A stretch of 63,775 bases of DNA, counting the filler, from Candidatus Tectimicrobiota bacterium (GTDB taxonomy: Bacteria; JACPSX01): assembly GCA_016193065.1 (NCBI GenBank). It is 10 parts of 10 records of this genome, joined end to end, with 100 filler letters (N's around TTAATTAATTAA, not from the genome) between each part and the next. Parts side by side here need not be neighbours in the genome. Positions count along the whole stretch, not along the records: positions 52,721 to 55,450 come from JACPSX010000188.1; positions 55,551 to 61,119 come from JACPSX010000171.1; positions 61,220 to 63,775 come from JACPSX010000080.1; 7 more parts are not named here. One strand, written 5' to 3'. Numbering within the stretch: position 1 is the first letter of the stretch; the number at the start of each line of letters is the position of its first letter. A program made the position numbers and the translations under genes. Under the pieces are notes generated by a model. It ran no database searches and was not told the origin of the DNA. It was given only the letters and a program-made list of their open reading frames with translations. Below are positions 53,860-63,775 of this stretch, one piece after another.

Positions 53860-55345
53860 TGGAACTCCTCTTTCCGCCGCTTTCCGATCTCATGCTGATT
53901 GCTCCCGAGCTGGTGCTGACGATCGGTATTTGCCTGGTTCTTGTTGCGGACCTGTTTGTTCCCAAACCCCGCAAGAGTCTTCTGGGAGTTCTGAGTCTGA
54001 TCGTAGTTCTGGCCACGCTGCTGGCGAGCTTCCCTCTGCTGCGGACCCGGGGGGAGGCCTTTGCAGGAATGATGCTCCTGGACGGCTACGCCATGTTCTT
54101 CAAGGTGGTCTTCCTGCTGGTCACGGGCCTCACGATCCTTATCTCTTTGCGTTACATCGCCGTCGAGGACATCAACCTGGGCGAATACTACGGGCTCCTG
54201 CTGTTCGCCACTCTGGGAATGATGATCATGGCAGCCGGGGGGGACTTGATCTCCATCTACCTGGGCCTGGANNNNNNNNNNNNNNCCTGGGCCTGGAGCT
54301 CTTGTCCATTTCCTGTTACGTTCTGTGCGGGTTCATCAAACGGGATCCCAAGTGCGTGGAGGCTTCCCTGAAATTCTTCCTGGCCGGCGCTTTCACCTCC
54401 GGGGTGCTTCTATACGGCATGGCCCTTCTCTACGGTCTCACGGGGTCGACCAACTTGGGGGAAATCTCCCGGTATCTGAGCAGCCAGGACCTGTCCGGCA
54501 GTCCGGTCCTCATGCTGGCAATGGTGATGCTGGTGGCGGGTTTCGGCTTCAAGATTGCGGCCGTCCCGTTCCACATGTGGGTCCCGGATGTCTATGAGGG
54601 GGCTCCCACTTCGGTGACCGCCTTTCTGTCCACGGGCTCCAAGGCAGCCGGCTTTGCGGCGGTCCTGCGGGTCTTCTTCTCGGGGCTGGAGGTCCTCAAA
54701 CCACAATGGATCGTTCTCCTATGGGTCTTGTCCGCGCTGACCATGATCCTGGGCAACGTAGTGGCCGTGGCGCAGAGCAATATCAAGAGGATGCTGGCCT
54801 ATTCCAGCGTGGCTCACGCGGGGTATGTGCTCATGGGTTTTGCGGTGGGCAACGAGCGCGGGCTTTCGGCGGTCCTCTTCTATACGCTGGTGTACGTTTT
54901 CATGACCCTGGGAGCCTTCAGTATGGTGATCCTCATTTGCCGGCGGGGCCACCGGGGGGATCAGATCGAGGACTTCAAGGGCATGGCCCGCTCGAACCCC
55001 GTTGCCGCGTTCGTTTTCGTCCTCTTTCTCCTGTCCCTGGGAGGGATCCCCCCCACCGCCGGATTTGTCGGGAAGCTCTATCTGTTTGCGGCGGCCATCG
55101 AGGAGAAATTTTACTGGCTCGCCCTCATCGGAGTGGTCACCAGCGCCATCTCCATTTACTACTACTTCAAGGTGGCCATGGTGATGTACATGCAGGGAGA
55201 AGGAGGCGCGCGCGAGATCTCGCTTTCTCCCGCGCTCTTGTCCGCGCTGGGGATCATGGTTCTGGGAACGCTGCTGGTCGGCATCTACCCGGGGCCGTTT
55301 CTGGAAGTCGCCCGCTCCTCCGTCTTCCCCCTGATCGGATTCTAG
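53859..55345 (+). CDS. nuoN: NADH-quinone oxidoreductase subunit N (split only by a scaffold gap)
   Basis: LGLELLS, FKIAAVPFHMW.PDVYEGAPT, KRMLAYSS, GIPPTAGF.GK; CCTGGGCCTGGA duplicated either side of gap 54272-54285. Confidence 0.93.
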
Positions 55346-55363
55346 GAAGAGACCACGGTGCCC

Positions 55364-55383
55364 ACACCCAGGATGGGTACCCG
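55364..55383 (+). repeat. Micro-element variant ACACCC-AGGAT-GGGTACCCG
   Basis: Un-nested form of the locus at 30603-30642. Confidence 0.75.
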
Positions 55384-55450
55384 GCTCACGAAGCGCTTGC
55401 GACGTGAATTGTGTGGGCCGGATTGAGAGTTCTCTTCCTCGCAACCGCTT

Positions 55451-55550
55451 NNNNNNNNNNNNNNNNNNNNNNNNNNNNNNNNNNNNNNNNNNNNTTAATT
55501 AATTAANNNNNNNNNNNNNNNNNNNNNNNNNNNNNNNNNNNNNNNNNNNN
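55451..55550. other. Contig-join linker
   Basis: N-TTAATTAATTAA-N. Confidence 0.98.
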
Positions 55551-55907
55551 CGAACAAAGCTCGGAATTCACAAAATTCCCTCGATGTTGGAGTACAAGAG
55601 CCCGACGACTCTGGATACCCCGGAGATCATCACGATGCTGGTGGAAAACGGAGATCCGGAAGGACCCTATGGAGCCAAGGAGGCGGGGCAGGGGCCGCTG
55701 CTTCCCGTGCCTCCTGCTGTCGTCAACGCCGTTTACGACGCCGTGGGAGTGCGTATTGACGAGGTCCCCATTACTCCGGACAAAGTGGTCAAAGCCCTGG
55801 AAGCCAGGGCCAAGGGGAGGGTGCTCAAGCCGATCTCAGTTCCAACGATGAGCTATCCGGAACCGGTCCGTTGGTCCCCCAGCCAGATTGCGGTCGGGGT
55901 AAAATAA
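55551..55907 (+). CDS. hcrA: Xanthine dehydrogenase-family molybdopterin subunit, 3' end (4-hydroxybenzoyl-CoA reductase alpha-like)
   Basis: DPEGPYGAKEAGQG..LP..PAVVNAVYDAVGVRI...PITP. Confidence 0.65.
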   Translation, partial: RTKLGIHKIPSMLEYKSPTTLDTPEIITMLVENGDPEGPYGAKEAGQGPLLPVPPAVVNAVYDAVGVRIDEVPITPDKVVKALEARAKGRVLKPISVPTMSYPEPVRWSPSQIAVGVK

Positions 55908-55931
55908 GAAGCCAAGGGAGAGAAACTTTTT

Positions 55932-56951
55932 ATGCTGCGACTTCCCCCTTTTCGCTACATCGCTCCTGCTTCCGTGGACGAGGCGGCCCGGATACTGGCC
56001 GCGCATGGCCCCGAGGCCATGGTGGTGGCGGGCGGGACGGACCTCTATCCCAACATGAAGCGGCGCCAGTTCACTCCGAACGTCCTCGTTGGGCTCAGGG
56101 GCTTGAGAAGCCTCAAGGGAATCCGCGGGGACAAGAAATCGGGGATCGCGATGGGAGCCGGCACCACGCTGACGGAAATCAACGAAGATCCCCGCATCCA
56201 GGAGATGTATCCGGCTCTGGCAAAGGCGGCCGGGTGGGTTTCGACGCCGCAACTGCGCAACATGGGAACCATTGGCGGGAACATCTGCTTGGATACCCGC
56301 TGCAACTACTACAACCAGAGCTACTTCTGGCGGAAGGCCATCGGTTTTTGCATGAAAAAGGACGGAGACATCTGCTTGGTAGCTCCGGGAAGCCCGCGCT
56401 GCTGGGCCATCTCCTCCTCGGATACCGCTCCGGTCTTGACAAGCCTGGGGGCGTCGGTGACCCTCCAGAGCAGCCGGGGGGAGCGGCAAATTCCCGTGGC
56501 CTCCCTGTTTCGAGATGACGGAATCGAGTACCTGGCCAAAGCACCCGATGAGATTCTGGTCGGCGTGAACCTGCCTCCGATCAATGGTCTCAAGTCCACC
56601 TACTGGAAGCTGCGCCGGAGGGGCTCCTTCGATTTCCCGGTGCTGGGCGTGGCTGCCGCTATTTCCCTGGATGGAAACGGCCGGTGCGAGGACGCGCGTA
56701 TCGTCCTTGGCGGCGTGGGCAGCGAACCCCACGTCTGCAAGGAAGCCCAGGAAATGCTCCTCGGCAAAAAGCTTACGCCGGAAATCATCGAGGCCGTGGC
56801 AGAGGTGGCATCAAAACCTTCCCGACCCCTGGACAACTCCGACCTGGATCACGGCTACCGCAAGCGCATGACCCGGGTTTTCGTGACCCGGGCCTTGAGG
56901 GAGCTGGCCGGTCTCCCGATTCCCAGAATGGGTGCTCCTTACGATTTGTAG
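55932..56951 (+). CDS. hcrB: 4-hydroxybenzoyl-CoA reductase beta-like FAD subunit with [4Fe-4S] insert
   Basis: AGGTDL, RNMGTIGGN, Cys insert LDTRC..YNQS..WR....C.K..G..C...RC, RRRGSFDFP. Confidence 0.75.
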   Translation: MLRLPPFRYIAPASVDEAARILAAHGPEAMVVAGGTDLYPNMKRRQFTPNVLVGLRGLRSLKGIRGDKKSGIAMGAGTTLTEINEDPRIQEMYPALAKAAGWVSTPQLRNMGTIGGNICLDTRCNYYNQSYFWRKAIGFCMKKDGDICLVAPGSPRCWAISSSDTAPVLTSLGASVTLQSSRGERQIPVASLFRDDGIEYLAKAPDEILVGVNLPPINGLKSTYWKLRRRGSFDFPVLGVAAAISLDGNGRCEDARIVLGGVGSEPHVCKEAQEMLLGKKLTPEIIEAVAEVASKPSRPLDNSDLDHGYRKRMTRVFVTRALRELAGLPIPRMGAPYDL

Positions 56952-56964
56952 CCTGGTTCCCTTG

Positions 56965-57462
56965 TCATTGCACCTCGCCAAGACCCTGATCGGGAATGAC
57001 AGGATCAGGGTCTTGGCGATCCCGGCGGCGGTCCTGGCGGTCCTCTCTCAGGTCCCGGCGATCGCGCCTGGCGTCCCGGCGATCCCGGCGGAGATCCCGC
57101 ACGTCTTCTTTGAGTTCGCGGCGGTCGTTGCGGATTTCCTGCTTATCGTCACGGATCTCCTGACGGTCCTTGCGGGTACCCGCCTTGCGGGTGTCCTCCT
57201 TGCTGGCCCCGCTCCGAATATCTTCCCTTAGTTCCTTGCGATCTTCTCGCAGTTCCTGTTTGTCTTTGCGGAGCTCCTGGCGGTCGCGCTGAATTTCCCG
57301 GCGGTCCTGCTTCATTTCCTGGTGATCCCGCTTTACTTCGCGGGCATCCCGGCGCACCTCCCGGCCCCGTCCCTTCTCGGCGGCTGCGGAAGCCGTGAAC
57401 AGGGCCAGAGCGATGCAAGCTACGGAAAAGACAAGCGAAACGGATTTGCTGCTGGGTCTCAT
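56965..57462 (-). CDS. Secreted Arg/Asp/Glu-rich heptad-repeat protein
   Basis: Signal peptide then many DRRELRE-like heptads. Confidence 0.8.
   Translation of the reverse strand: MRPSSKSVSLVFSVACIALALFTASAAAEKGRGREVRRDAREVKRDHQEMKQDRREIQRDRQELRKDKQELREDRKELREDIRSGASKEDTRKAGTRKDRQEIRDDKQEIRNDRRELKEDVRDLRRDRRDARRDRRDLREDRQDRRRDRQDPDPVIPDQGLGEVQ
57173..57194 (-). repeat. 22-nt micro-element inside the heptad-repeat CDS
   Basis: ACACCC-GCAAGGC-GGGTACCCG, within codons DTRKAGTR. Confidence 0.8.
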
Positions 57463-57578
57463 GTGCCCTCCTTAGGATAGTGTCGATGGAGGTTATTTCG
57501 GACCGGCGAGGATGCACTTTAGGGGGAAATGGGATTTACAAGGCTCAAGGTTGAAAAAAAAGGGGGTTGAAAAAAGAG

Positions 57579-57607
57579 TTGACGGGTGGAGACGGTCATG
57601 TTACAAA
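57579..57607 (+). promoter_or_regulatory. Putative trp operon promoter
   Basis: TTGACG-N17-TACAAA. Confidence 0.45.
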
Positions 57608-57635
57608 CCCCTTCATGTTTCTTTAGGAAGAGGTC

Positions 57636-57734
57636 ATGGGAGAAAGAAGCATTCATTTCCGTGATCGTGAAACCGGCTGCTGGTGGGTCTGGCGAAGCGG
57701 GAATTGCCCGGCAGCCGGCCAGGGAGAAAGGTAA
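57636..57734 (+). CDS. trpL: Trp operon leader peptide (32 aa)
   Basis: MGERSIHFRDRETGCWWVWRSGNCPAAGQGER*; AGGAAGAGG RBS; upstream of trpE. Confidence 0.85.
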   Translation: MGERSIHFRDRETGCWWVWRSGNCPAAGQGER

Positions 57735-57768
57735 GAGAACCTAGACACCACATCCTAGCCGGTTCCTG

Positions 57769-57861
57769 AAAGCCATGGGCAGTTCCCGAGAGCACATGGC
57801 TTTTTTGTTGGGCGGCACAACCGGAAAAAGCCATGGAAAGCAGATCCCATGGCTTTTTTTT
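57769..57861 (+). terminator. Attenuator: two tandem terminator-like hairpins
   Basis: AAAGCCATG..CATGGCTTTTTT and AAAAAGCCATGG..CCATGGCTTTTTTTT. Confidence 0.82.
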
Positions 57862-57890
57862 ATGATTTCGCCAAGGAATGAGGTGCCAGT

Positions 57891-59366
57891 ATGACGCCAT
57901 CGTTTTCTGAATTTTGCCGGCAGGCCCGCCGGGGGAACCTGATCCCCGTCTACCGGGAGGTACTTGCCGATCGGGATACACCTGTTTCCGCATTTTTGAA
58001 ACTGGATGGGAAGCCGTATCGCTTCCTGCTGGAGAGCGTGGAGGGGGGAGAGCGCTGGGCCCGCTACTCCTTCCTGGGGATGAATCCAATGCTCATGATT
58101 CGCAGCCTGGGCCCCGAGGCGGAAGTGTGGGAGGAAGGGGAATGGAGGCGGGTCTTGCTGGAGAAGGATCCCATGCATCTGGTCAAGGATATCCTGACCC
58201 GGTATCGTCCGGTCCCCTGCGAGGATCTTCCCCGTTTCTGGGGAGGAGCTGTTGGGTATCTGAACTATGACGTGGTCCGCTTTCTAGAAAAACTCCCCGG
58301 AACATCCCATGACGATCTGGGGTTGCCGGAGAGTTTTTTCATGGTGGGCGACACCTTGCTGATTTTTGACAACGTGACCCACAAGCTCAAGGTGATTGCC
58401 CTGGCTTTTCTGGACGGCTCTCCACTTGAGGAGGTTTACGGTCGGGCCTGCGAGAGAATCGAGGAGGTGATTGTTCGGCTCCGCAAGGCTCCGGTTCCCG
58501 ATGCGGCCCCGGTGTCCGCGGCCGGCCCCATGGTTTTGGAATCAAGTGTCAGCAAGAAGGAGTTTATGGACTCTGTGCTCCGGGCCAAGGAGTACATTGA
58601 GGCGGGGGACGTTATCCAGGTCGTGCTGGCCCAGAGGCTCGCCACGGAAACCTCAGCCCCACCGTTTGACATCTACCGGGCGCTGCGCTCCATCAACCCC
58701 TCGCCGTATATGTACTTCCTGGATGTGGGGGAGTTCCACGTCATCGGAGCCTCTCCGGAGGTGCTCGTGCGCCTCGAAGATGGCTGGGCGGAGGTAAGGC
58801 CCATTGCCGGCACCCGGCGAAGGGGAGCGACCCCGCGTGAAGACGGGGAGCTGGAGCAGGAGCTGCGCAATGACCCAAAGGAACGGGCTGAGCACATCAT
58901 GCTCGTCGATCTGGGCAGAAATGATGTGGGCAGGGTAGCGGAGGCGGGCACGGTGGCCGTGGTGGAGCTGATGACGGTGGAGCGCTTCTCCCATGTGATG
59001 CACCTGGTCAGCCACGTGCGCTCGCGGCTGCGCTCCGGTGAGGATGGGTTTGGGCTCCTGAAGGCCTGCTTTCCGGCCGGCACCGTTTCCGGTGCTCCCA
59101 AAGTTCGGGCCATGGAGTTCATCGACGAGCTGGAGCCCGTCCGGCGGGGGCTTTATGCGGGCGGTGTCGGGTATTTCGGATTTTCAGGGAACATGGAGTT
59201 TTGCATCGCGATCCGCACCATCCTTCTGGTCGGCCAGAGGGCCTATGTCGGAGTTGGGGCGGGGATCGTGGCGGATTCGAATCCCGAGGCCGAGTACGAG
59301 GAGACCATGAACAAGGGAAAAGCTATGGTGGCGGCTTTGAAAATGGCGGCGGCGGGGCTGCTGTGA
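57891..59366 (+). CDS. trpE: Anthranilate synthase component I
   Basis: [43 protein letters not shown]. Confidence 0.96.
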   Translation: MTPSFSEFCRQARRGNLIPVYREVLADRDTPVSAFLKLDGKPYRFLLESVEGGERWARYSFLGMNPMLMIRSLGPEAEVWEEGEWRRVLLEKDPMHLVKDILTRYRPVPCEDLPRFWGGAVGYLNYDVVRFLEKLPGTSHDDLGLPESFFMVGDTLLIFDNVTHKLKVIALAFLDGSPLEEVYGRACERIEEVIVRLRKAPVPDAAPVSAAGPMVLESSVSKKEFMDSVLRAKEYIEAGDVIQVVLAQRLATETSAPPFDIYRALRSINPSPYMYFLDVGEFHVIGASPEVLVRLEDGWAEVRPIAGTRRRGATPREDGELEQELRNDPKERAEHIMLVDLGRNDVGRVAEAGTVAVVELMTVERFSHVMHLVSHVRSRLRSGEDGFGLLKACFPAGTVSGAPKVRAMEFIDELEPVRRGLYAGGVGYFGFSGNMEFCIAIRTILLVGQRAYVGVGAGIVADSNPEAEYEETMNKGKAMVAALKMAAAGLL

Positions 59367-59374
59367 GGAAAAGT

Positions 59375-60019
59375 ATGATTCTCGTGATTGATAATTATGA
59401 CTCGTTCACCTATAACCTGGTCCAGTACTTCCAGGAACTGGGTGCTGAAGTCGTAGTCCGTCGCAACGATGCGATAACGCTGCCGGCCATACGGGCCTTG
59501 CCACTGGAAGGGATCGTTCTCTCGCCGGGCCCCCGGACTCCCGCAGAGGCGGGGATCACCCCCAAGGTAGTCTCTACCTTTGCCGGTACAATCCCCATTT
59601 TGGGGGTTTGCCTGGGGCACCAAGCCATCGGCTGGTGCTTTGGAGGCAGGATTGGCCGGGCCAGGCGCCTGATGCACGGCAAAAAATCCACGATTAGTCA
59701 CGACGGCAAGGGAGTCTTCCGGGGTCTGCCAAACCCTTTGGAGGCGATCCGCTACCATTCCCTGGCGATCCTGGAGGAAGGATTTCCTGACGAGCTCGAG
59801 ATTACTGCGAGGTCCGAAGACGGGGAGATTATGGGGGTCCGCCATCGCTCGTTTCCCGTGGAGGGCGTCCAGTTCCACCCCGAATCGATCTTGACGGAGC
59901 GGGGCAAGGATTTGCTGGCCAATTTTCTGCACATGATCGAGATGTCTTCATCACACGGAAGCCGGCACCCGCAAGGCGCGGGTACCCACGAAGCGGGTGC
60001 GGCAGGAGGAGGGGCATGA
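59375..60019 (+). CDS. trpG: Anthranilate synthase component II (glutamine amidotransferase)
   Basis: [33 protein letters not shown]. Confidence 0.95.
   Translation: MILVIDNYDSFTYNLVQYFQELGAEVVVRRNDAITLPAIRALPLEGIVLSPGPRTPAEAGITPKVVSTFAGTIPILGVCLGHQAIGWCFGGRIGRARRLMHGKKSTISHDGKGVFRGLPNPLEAIRYHSLAILEEGFPDELEITARSEDGEIMGVRHRSFPVEGVQFHPESILTERGKDLLANFLHMIEMSSSHGSRHPQGAGTHEAGAAGGGA
59965..60001. repeat. Nested micro-element in the trpG 3' end
   Basis: GCACCC-GCAAGGC-G[CGGGTACCC-ACGAAGC-GGGTGC]G. Confidence 0.8.
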
Positions 60020-61065
60020 TTCTGGAGGCACTGCAGCGGGTTGTGGAGCGCAAGAACCTGACCCAGGAAGAGGCGGTCCTGGTCATGGATGAGATTATGT
60101 CGGGCAAGGCCACCGACGTTCAAATTGCCGCCTTTCTGGCGGCGCTGCGCATGAAGGGAGAGACCGTAGAAGAACTGACCGGCTTCGCCCGGGTCATGCG
60201 GGAAAAGGTCGTTCCCATCCGGGCCGCCCACGAGGTGGCGGCCGGAGTGTCCGGTACGGAAAGGGAGCTTCTGGTGGACACGGCGGGGACCGGAGGGGAT
60301 GCCCGGGGCACCTTCAACGTTTCCACGGCCACGGCCTTCGTGGCGGCCGGGGCCGGCCTGACGGTGGCCAAGCATGGCAACCGCTCCGTCTCCAGCCTGT
60401 GCGGCAGCGCCGACGTGATTGAAGCCATGGGGATCCACCTGGACATCACTCCTCAACAGGTCGGCCGGTGCATCGACGAGATCGGCATTGGATTTCTCTT
60501 CGCTCCTCTCCTGCACCTGGCCATGAAGTACGTCATGGTGGCCCGGCGCGAGATGCGGATCCGTACCGTCTTTAATATCCTCGGTCCCTTGACGAACCCG
60601 GCGAAAGCCGGGGCCCAGATCCTGGGAGTGTACGATGGCAACCTGACGGAGCCCATGGCTCAGGTTCTTCGGGATCTGGGCAGCAAGCGGGTCTTCGTCG
60701 TGCACGGAGACGATGGGCTGGACGAGATCTCAAATACAGGAAGGACCAAGGTTTCGGAAGTCCACGACGGCCAGGTGAAGACGTACTATGTGACCCCCGA
60801 GGACTTCGGGATGCAGCGCGCCACCATGGCGGACCTGCAGGGTGGGGATGTCAAGGACAATGCCCGCATCGTTTTAGACATTTTGCGGGGAGAGAAGGGA
60901 CCCAAGCGGGATATCGTGTTGATCAACTCCGCAGCGGCTCTGGTGGCGGGGGGAAAAGCCCAGGATTTCCTGGAAGGAGCGGCCCTGGCGCGGGAGTCCA
61001 TCGATTCCGGCGCCGCCATGGGAAAGTTCGAGGCCCTGCGCGCCCTCACCCAGAGTTTCAAGTAG
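60016..61065 (+). CDS. trpD: Anthranilate phosphoribosyltransferase
   Basis: [41 protein letters not shown]. Confidence 0.96.
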   Translation: MILEALQRVVERKNLTQEEAVLVMDEIMSGKATDVQIAAFLAALRMKGETVEELTGFARVMREKVVPIRAAHEVAAGVSGTERELLVDTAGTGGDARGTFNVSTATAFVAAGAGLTVAKHGNRSVSSLCGSADVIEAMGIHLDITPQQVGRCIDEIGIGFLFAPLLHLAMKYVMVARREMRIRTVFNILGPLTNPAKAGAQILGVYDGNLTEPMAQVLRDLGSKRVFVVHGDDGLDEISNTGRTKVSEVHDGQVKTYYVTPEDFGMQRATMADLQGGDVKDNARIVLDILRGEKGPKRDIVLINSAAALVAGGKAQDFLEGAALARESIDSGAAMGKFEALRALTQSFK

Positions 61066-61119
61066 GAGAGGAGAGAAGGCAATAGGTTGCTCTCCCCGCG
61101 CTTTATTGAAGAATTTACA

Positions 61120-61219
61120 NNNNNNNNNNNNNNNNNNNNNNNNNNNNNNNNNNNNNNNNNNNNTTAATTAATTAANNNNNNNNNNNNNNNNNNNNNNNNN
61201 NNNNNNNNNNNNNNNNNNN
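61120..61219. other. Contig-join linker
   Basis: N-TTAATTAATTAA-N. Confidence 0.98.
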
Positions 61220-63296
61220 ATCCCTTTTTCGCCAGCACCTCGTAGATGGAGACGGGCTCCGTCTTGCCCACCACCCGGATCACGTCCAGCTCTCTCACCT
61301 CGACGAAGTCCCGCACGCTCTCCACCGTGCTGGCTCCGGCAATGATCCGCGTAACGTATTCCTTGTTCGTCCCTTCCAGGCGCGAGGCCAGGTTCACCGC
61401 ATCGCCGATAATCGAGTAGTTCATCTTTCTTCGGGAGCCGATATTTCCCACCACCATGGGACCCGTGTTGAGACCGATCCGGATGAATAGTTCCGGCCTC
61501 CCCTGCTCCGCCCACCGCCTGCGGATCTCGCCGGATCTCTCCTGCATCTCCAGAGCGGCGAGACAGGCTCTGCGGGCATGATCCTCATAATCGATGGGCG
61601 CTCCGAAGAAAGCCACAATGGCGTCCCCCACGTACTTGTCCACCGTTCCCTGGTATTCCATGATGATGTCGGTCATTTCCGTCAGGAAATCGTTCAGGGA
61701 CTCCACCAGCTCCTCCGGAGCCATTTTCTCAGAAATCGTCGTGAAATTCCGGATGTCGGAAAACAAGGCCGTCAGGTTCTTCTTTTCCCCGCCCAGCCTC
61801 AGATACCGGTCGGGATTCTCGACGATCTGGCTGATTATCTGAGGAGCCACGTACTGTCCAAAGGCGCCCTGGATGAACCTGCGTTTCTTCTCGACGGCCA
61901 CGAAGTTGTACACGGTGATGCCCACATAAACCATCAGGATTCCCAAAACGGGGTAGACGAGATTCACCCAGAGGCCGAAAGCCTGGAACAAGTAGTCGTT
62001 GATCAGGATGTAGCCCACGGTCACGACGAAGGCCAACAGGGCGCCAAATCCCGGCCGCAAATGCGGCAGGTACGAGCTCAGCAGGAACCCCAGAGCGGCT
62101 ATCAGGAACACTTCCACCCCCAGCATCCAGCCCGGCTTTTGCAGGAAGCGGCGGTGCAGAATATTGTCGATGACGTTGGCGTGGATCTCCACACCGGGGA
62201 AAATGCTGGCCACAGGGGTCACCCGGATATCGTAGATCCCGGTGGCCGTGGGGCCCACCAGAATGATCTTGTCTTTCAGCGTGGCCGGGAGCACCCGCCC
62301 TTCCAGGATATCCACAATTGAATAGTGGGGGAACGTCTGAGGCCCGCCTCGGTAATTGATCAACATTGCCCCATTTTCATTGACGGGGATCCTGATGCTT
62401 CCGATCTCGGCCCTCTCGACTCCGTAGTTTTCCCGAATGAAGAAGCGGATGGGCTGGTTCAGGTATTTCCGCAGGATCTCGAAACTCAAGGGGGGAAAAA
62501 GGTAGTCCTTCCCCTCCCGATCCCTGTAGCGCACCACCAGAGGGAGCCAGCGAATGGCCCCGTCCTCATCGGGCTTGAAATTAAAGTATCCGGCCCCAGC
62601 CGCCCCTACGGAGAGACTTTGAATGCTCGCCTCGGCGGCGAAGGCCTGGGGCAGAGGATAACTCATGGCCCTCCGGCTGGAATAGCGCACCGCGTTGTAT
62701 TCCCAGGGCCGGATGTTGTCGAAGGCGGCCGCCAGGACGTTCGGGTCCGCGTGAGAGAGTTCTTTACCAGAGAAGTGGAAGAAATATCCCAGGACAGTTC
62801 GCTCGGATTCCCGGATGGCTCGAGCGAGCTTGCCGTCATTATCCATACCGGCTTCGATTTCCTTTACCAACCCCGCGACTCCATGGGCAGGGGGTCCAAG
62901 CCCTTTCAATTCCTCCTCCAACCGGCGAATCCTCTCTACGTCCGGGTTCACCTCGGATTCTGAAAACACCACGTCGAACCCGATCACCCGGACTTGAGCT
63001 TCCACAAGCTTGTCGATCAACTTGGCCATGAGTGAGCGCGGCCAGGGCCATCGCCCCAGACGATCCAGGCTCTTCTCGTCAATGACGGCAATGACCACCT
63101 CATTGCCGCGGGCCTGCTGGCCCCGGGAGAGGAACTTTAAGTCCAGGGCCTTGAGCTCCATCAGATCCAAAAAGGAAATGCGCAGTAGAAAGACAAGGAT
63201 CGCGGCCCCGGTCAAGAAGAGCCCGGCCTTGAACCCACTCAATTGAAAGAGCTTTTTCAGCCCCTTTCCCATAAGGGAACCCAAGTGATCCCACAC
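61220..63296 (-). CDS. CHASE2-domain adenylate/guanylate cyclase (3' truncated; start may be 63272)
   Basis: IDEKSL..LGRWPWPR, PGVEIHAN, three TM helices, FSDIRNFT, DKYVGD, GDAVNLASRLE. Confidence 0.93.
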
Positions 63297-63365
63297 CCGC
63301 TTTGCGGATGCTCACTGTGACTGCAGGCCAGGCCTACCTCTGCCCACTCGCAATGAGAAGGCAAA

Positions 63366-63775
63366 TCAACAGGCAGTGCTCAAGACCTTCTGCAACGGGA
63401 CAATCTTTCCCTTCCGGAAGGCTTCCTTGAAAGCCTCCACCACCCGCTCTGATAACTGGGTGCCGGCGTTCCGGCAAATCTCCTCGTAGGCAGTCTCAAA
63501 GCTAAGCGCCTTGCGATAGGGCCGGTCCGAGGTCATCGCGTCGAGTGTGTCGGCCACCGAGATAATCATGGCCTGCAGTGGGTTTTCCTCGCCCTTGAGT
63601 CCGTCCGGATACCCCTTCCCATCGTAGCGCTCGTGATGGTGGCGCATCCCGGGGAGCACGGCATGGAGTTGTCGAATGTGCTCCATGATGTCGGAACCCA
63701 TCTTCGGGTGAGCCTTCATCTGCTCCATTTCTTCCTCGGTCAGGCGCCCGGGCTTCCGCAGGACCTGATCTTCCA
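63366..63775 (-). CDS. HD-GYP domain phosphohydrolase (5' truncated)
   Basis: KPGRLT.EE, HHERYDGKGYPDG, AD.LDAMTSDRPYR. Confidence 0.92.
   Translation of the reverse strand, partial: EDQVLRKPGRLTEEEMEQMKAHPKMGSDIMEHIRQLHAVLPGMRHHHERYDGKGYPDGLKGEENPLQAMIISVADTLDAMTSDRPYRKALSFETAYEEICRNAGTQLSERVVEAFKEAFRKGKIVPLQKVLSTAC

Noticed and set aside
54255-54300. Frameshift in nuoN
   Set aside because: CCTGGGCCTGGA is duplicated on both sides of the N gap; merging the overlap restores the frame

Overview
This GC-rich bacterial window is not contiguous. It is ten draft/MAG contigs joined by 100-nt N-TTAATTAATTAA-N linkers, so gene neighbourhoods are only meaningful within a segment. Core genes: glmU-glmS-uvrD, ntrB/ntrC-like pair, trpL-trpE-trpG-trpD, nuoM-nuoN, oppABC, mutM, cinA. 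Metabolic genes: oxalate oxidoreductase (oorD-A-B), 4-hydroxybenzoyl-CoA reductase-like subunits, hydantoinase/oxoprolinase A/B. Five signals stand out that the ORF track misses. (1) A 22-nt palindromic micro-element, (G/A)CACCC-N7-GGGTACCCG, occurs at six loci. It nests inside itself and inside REP-like repeats and appears to replace 7 nt of target (+15 nt, frame-preserving) inside genes. (2) A decayed integron carries two internally deleted 'mini-intI' copies with a shared promoter leader, attI/attC-like sites and unusual cassette proteins. (3) Three in-frame UGA codons sit at catalytic Cys positions: a GrdB/PrdB-like protein, a deiodinase-like protein and a YeeE-like protein, two with SECIS-like hairpins. 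(4) A redox/metal island has triplicated ECF/zinc anti-sigma modules and two secreted proteins built from GSIAQxSLDREI repeats. (5) A Trp-rich leader peptide attenuator has twin cross-complementary terminators. Product calls rest on motif recognition and recalled family knowledge; no database searches were run.
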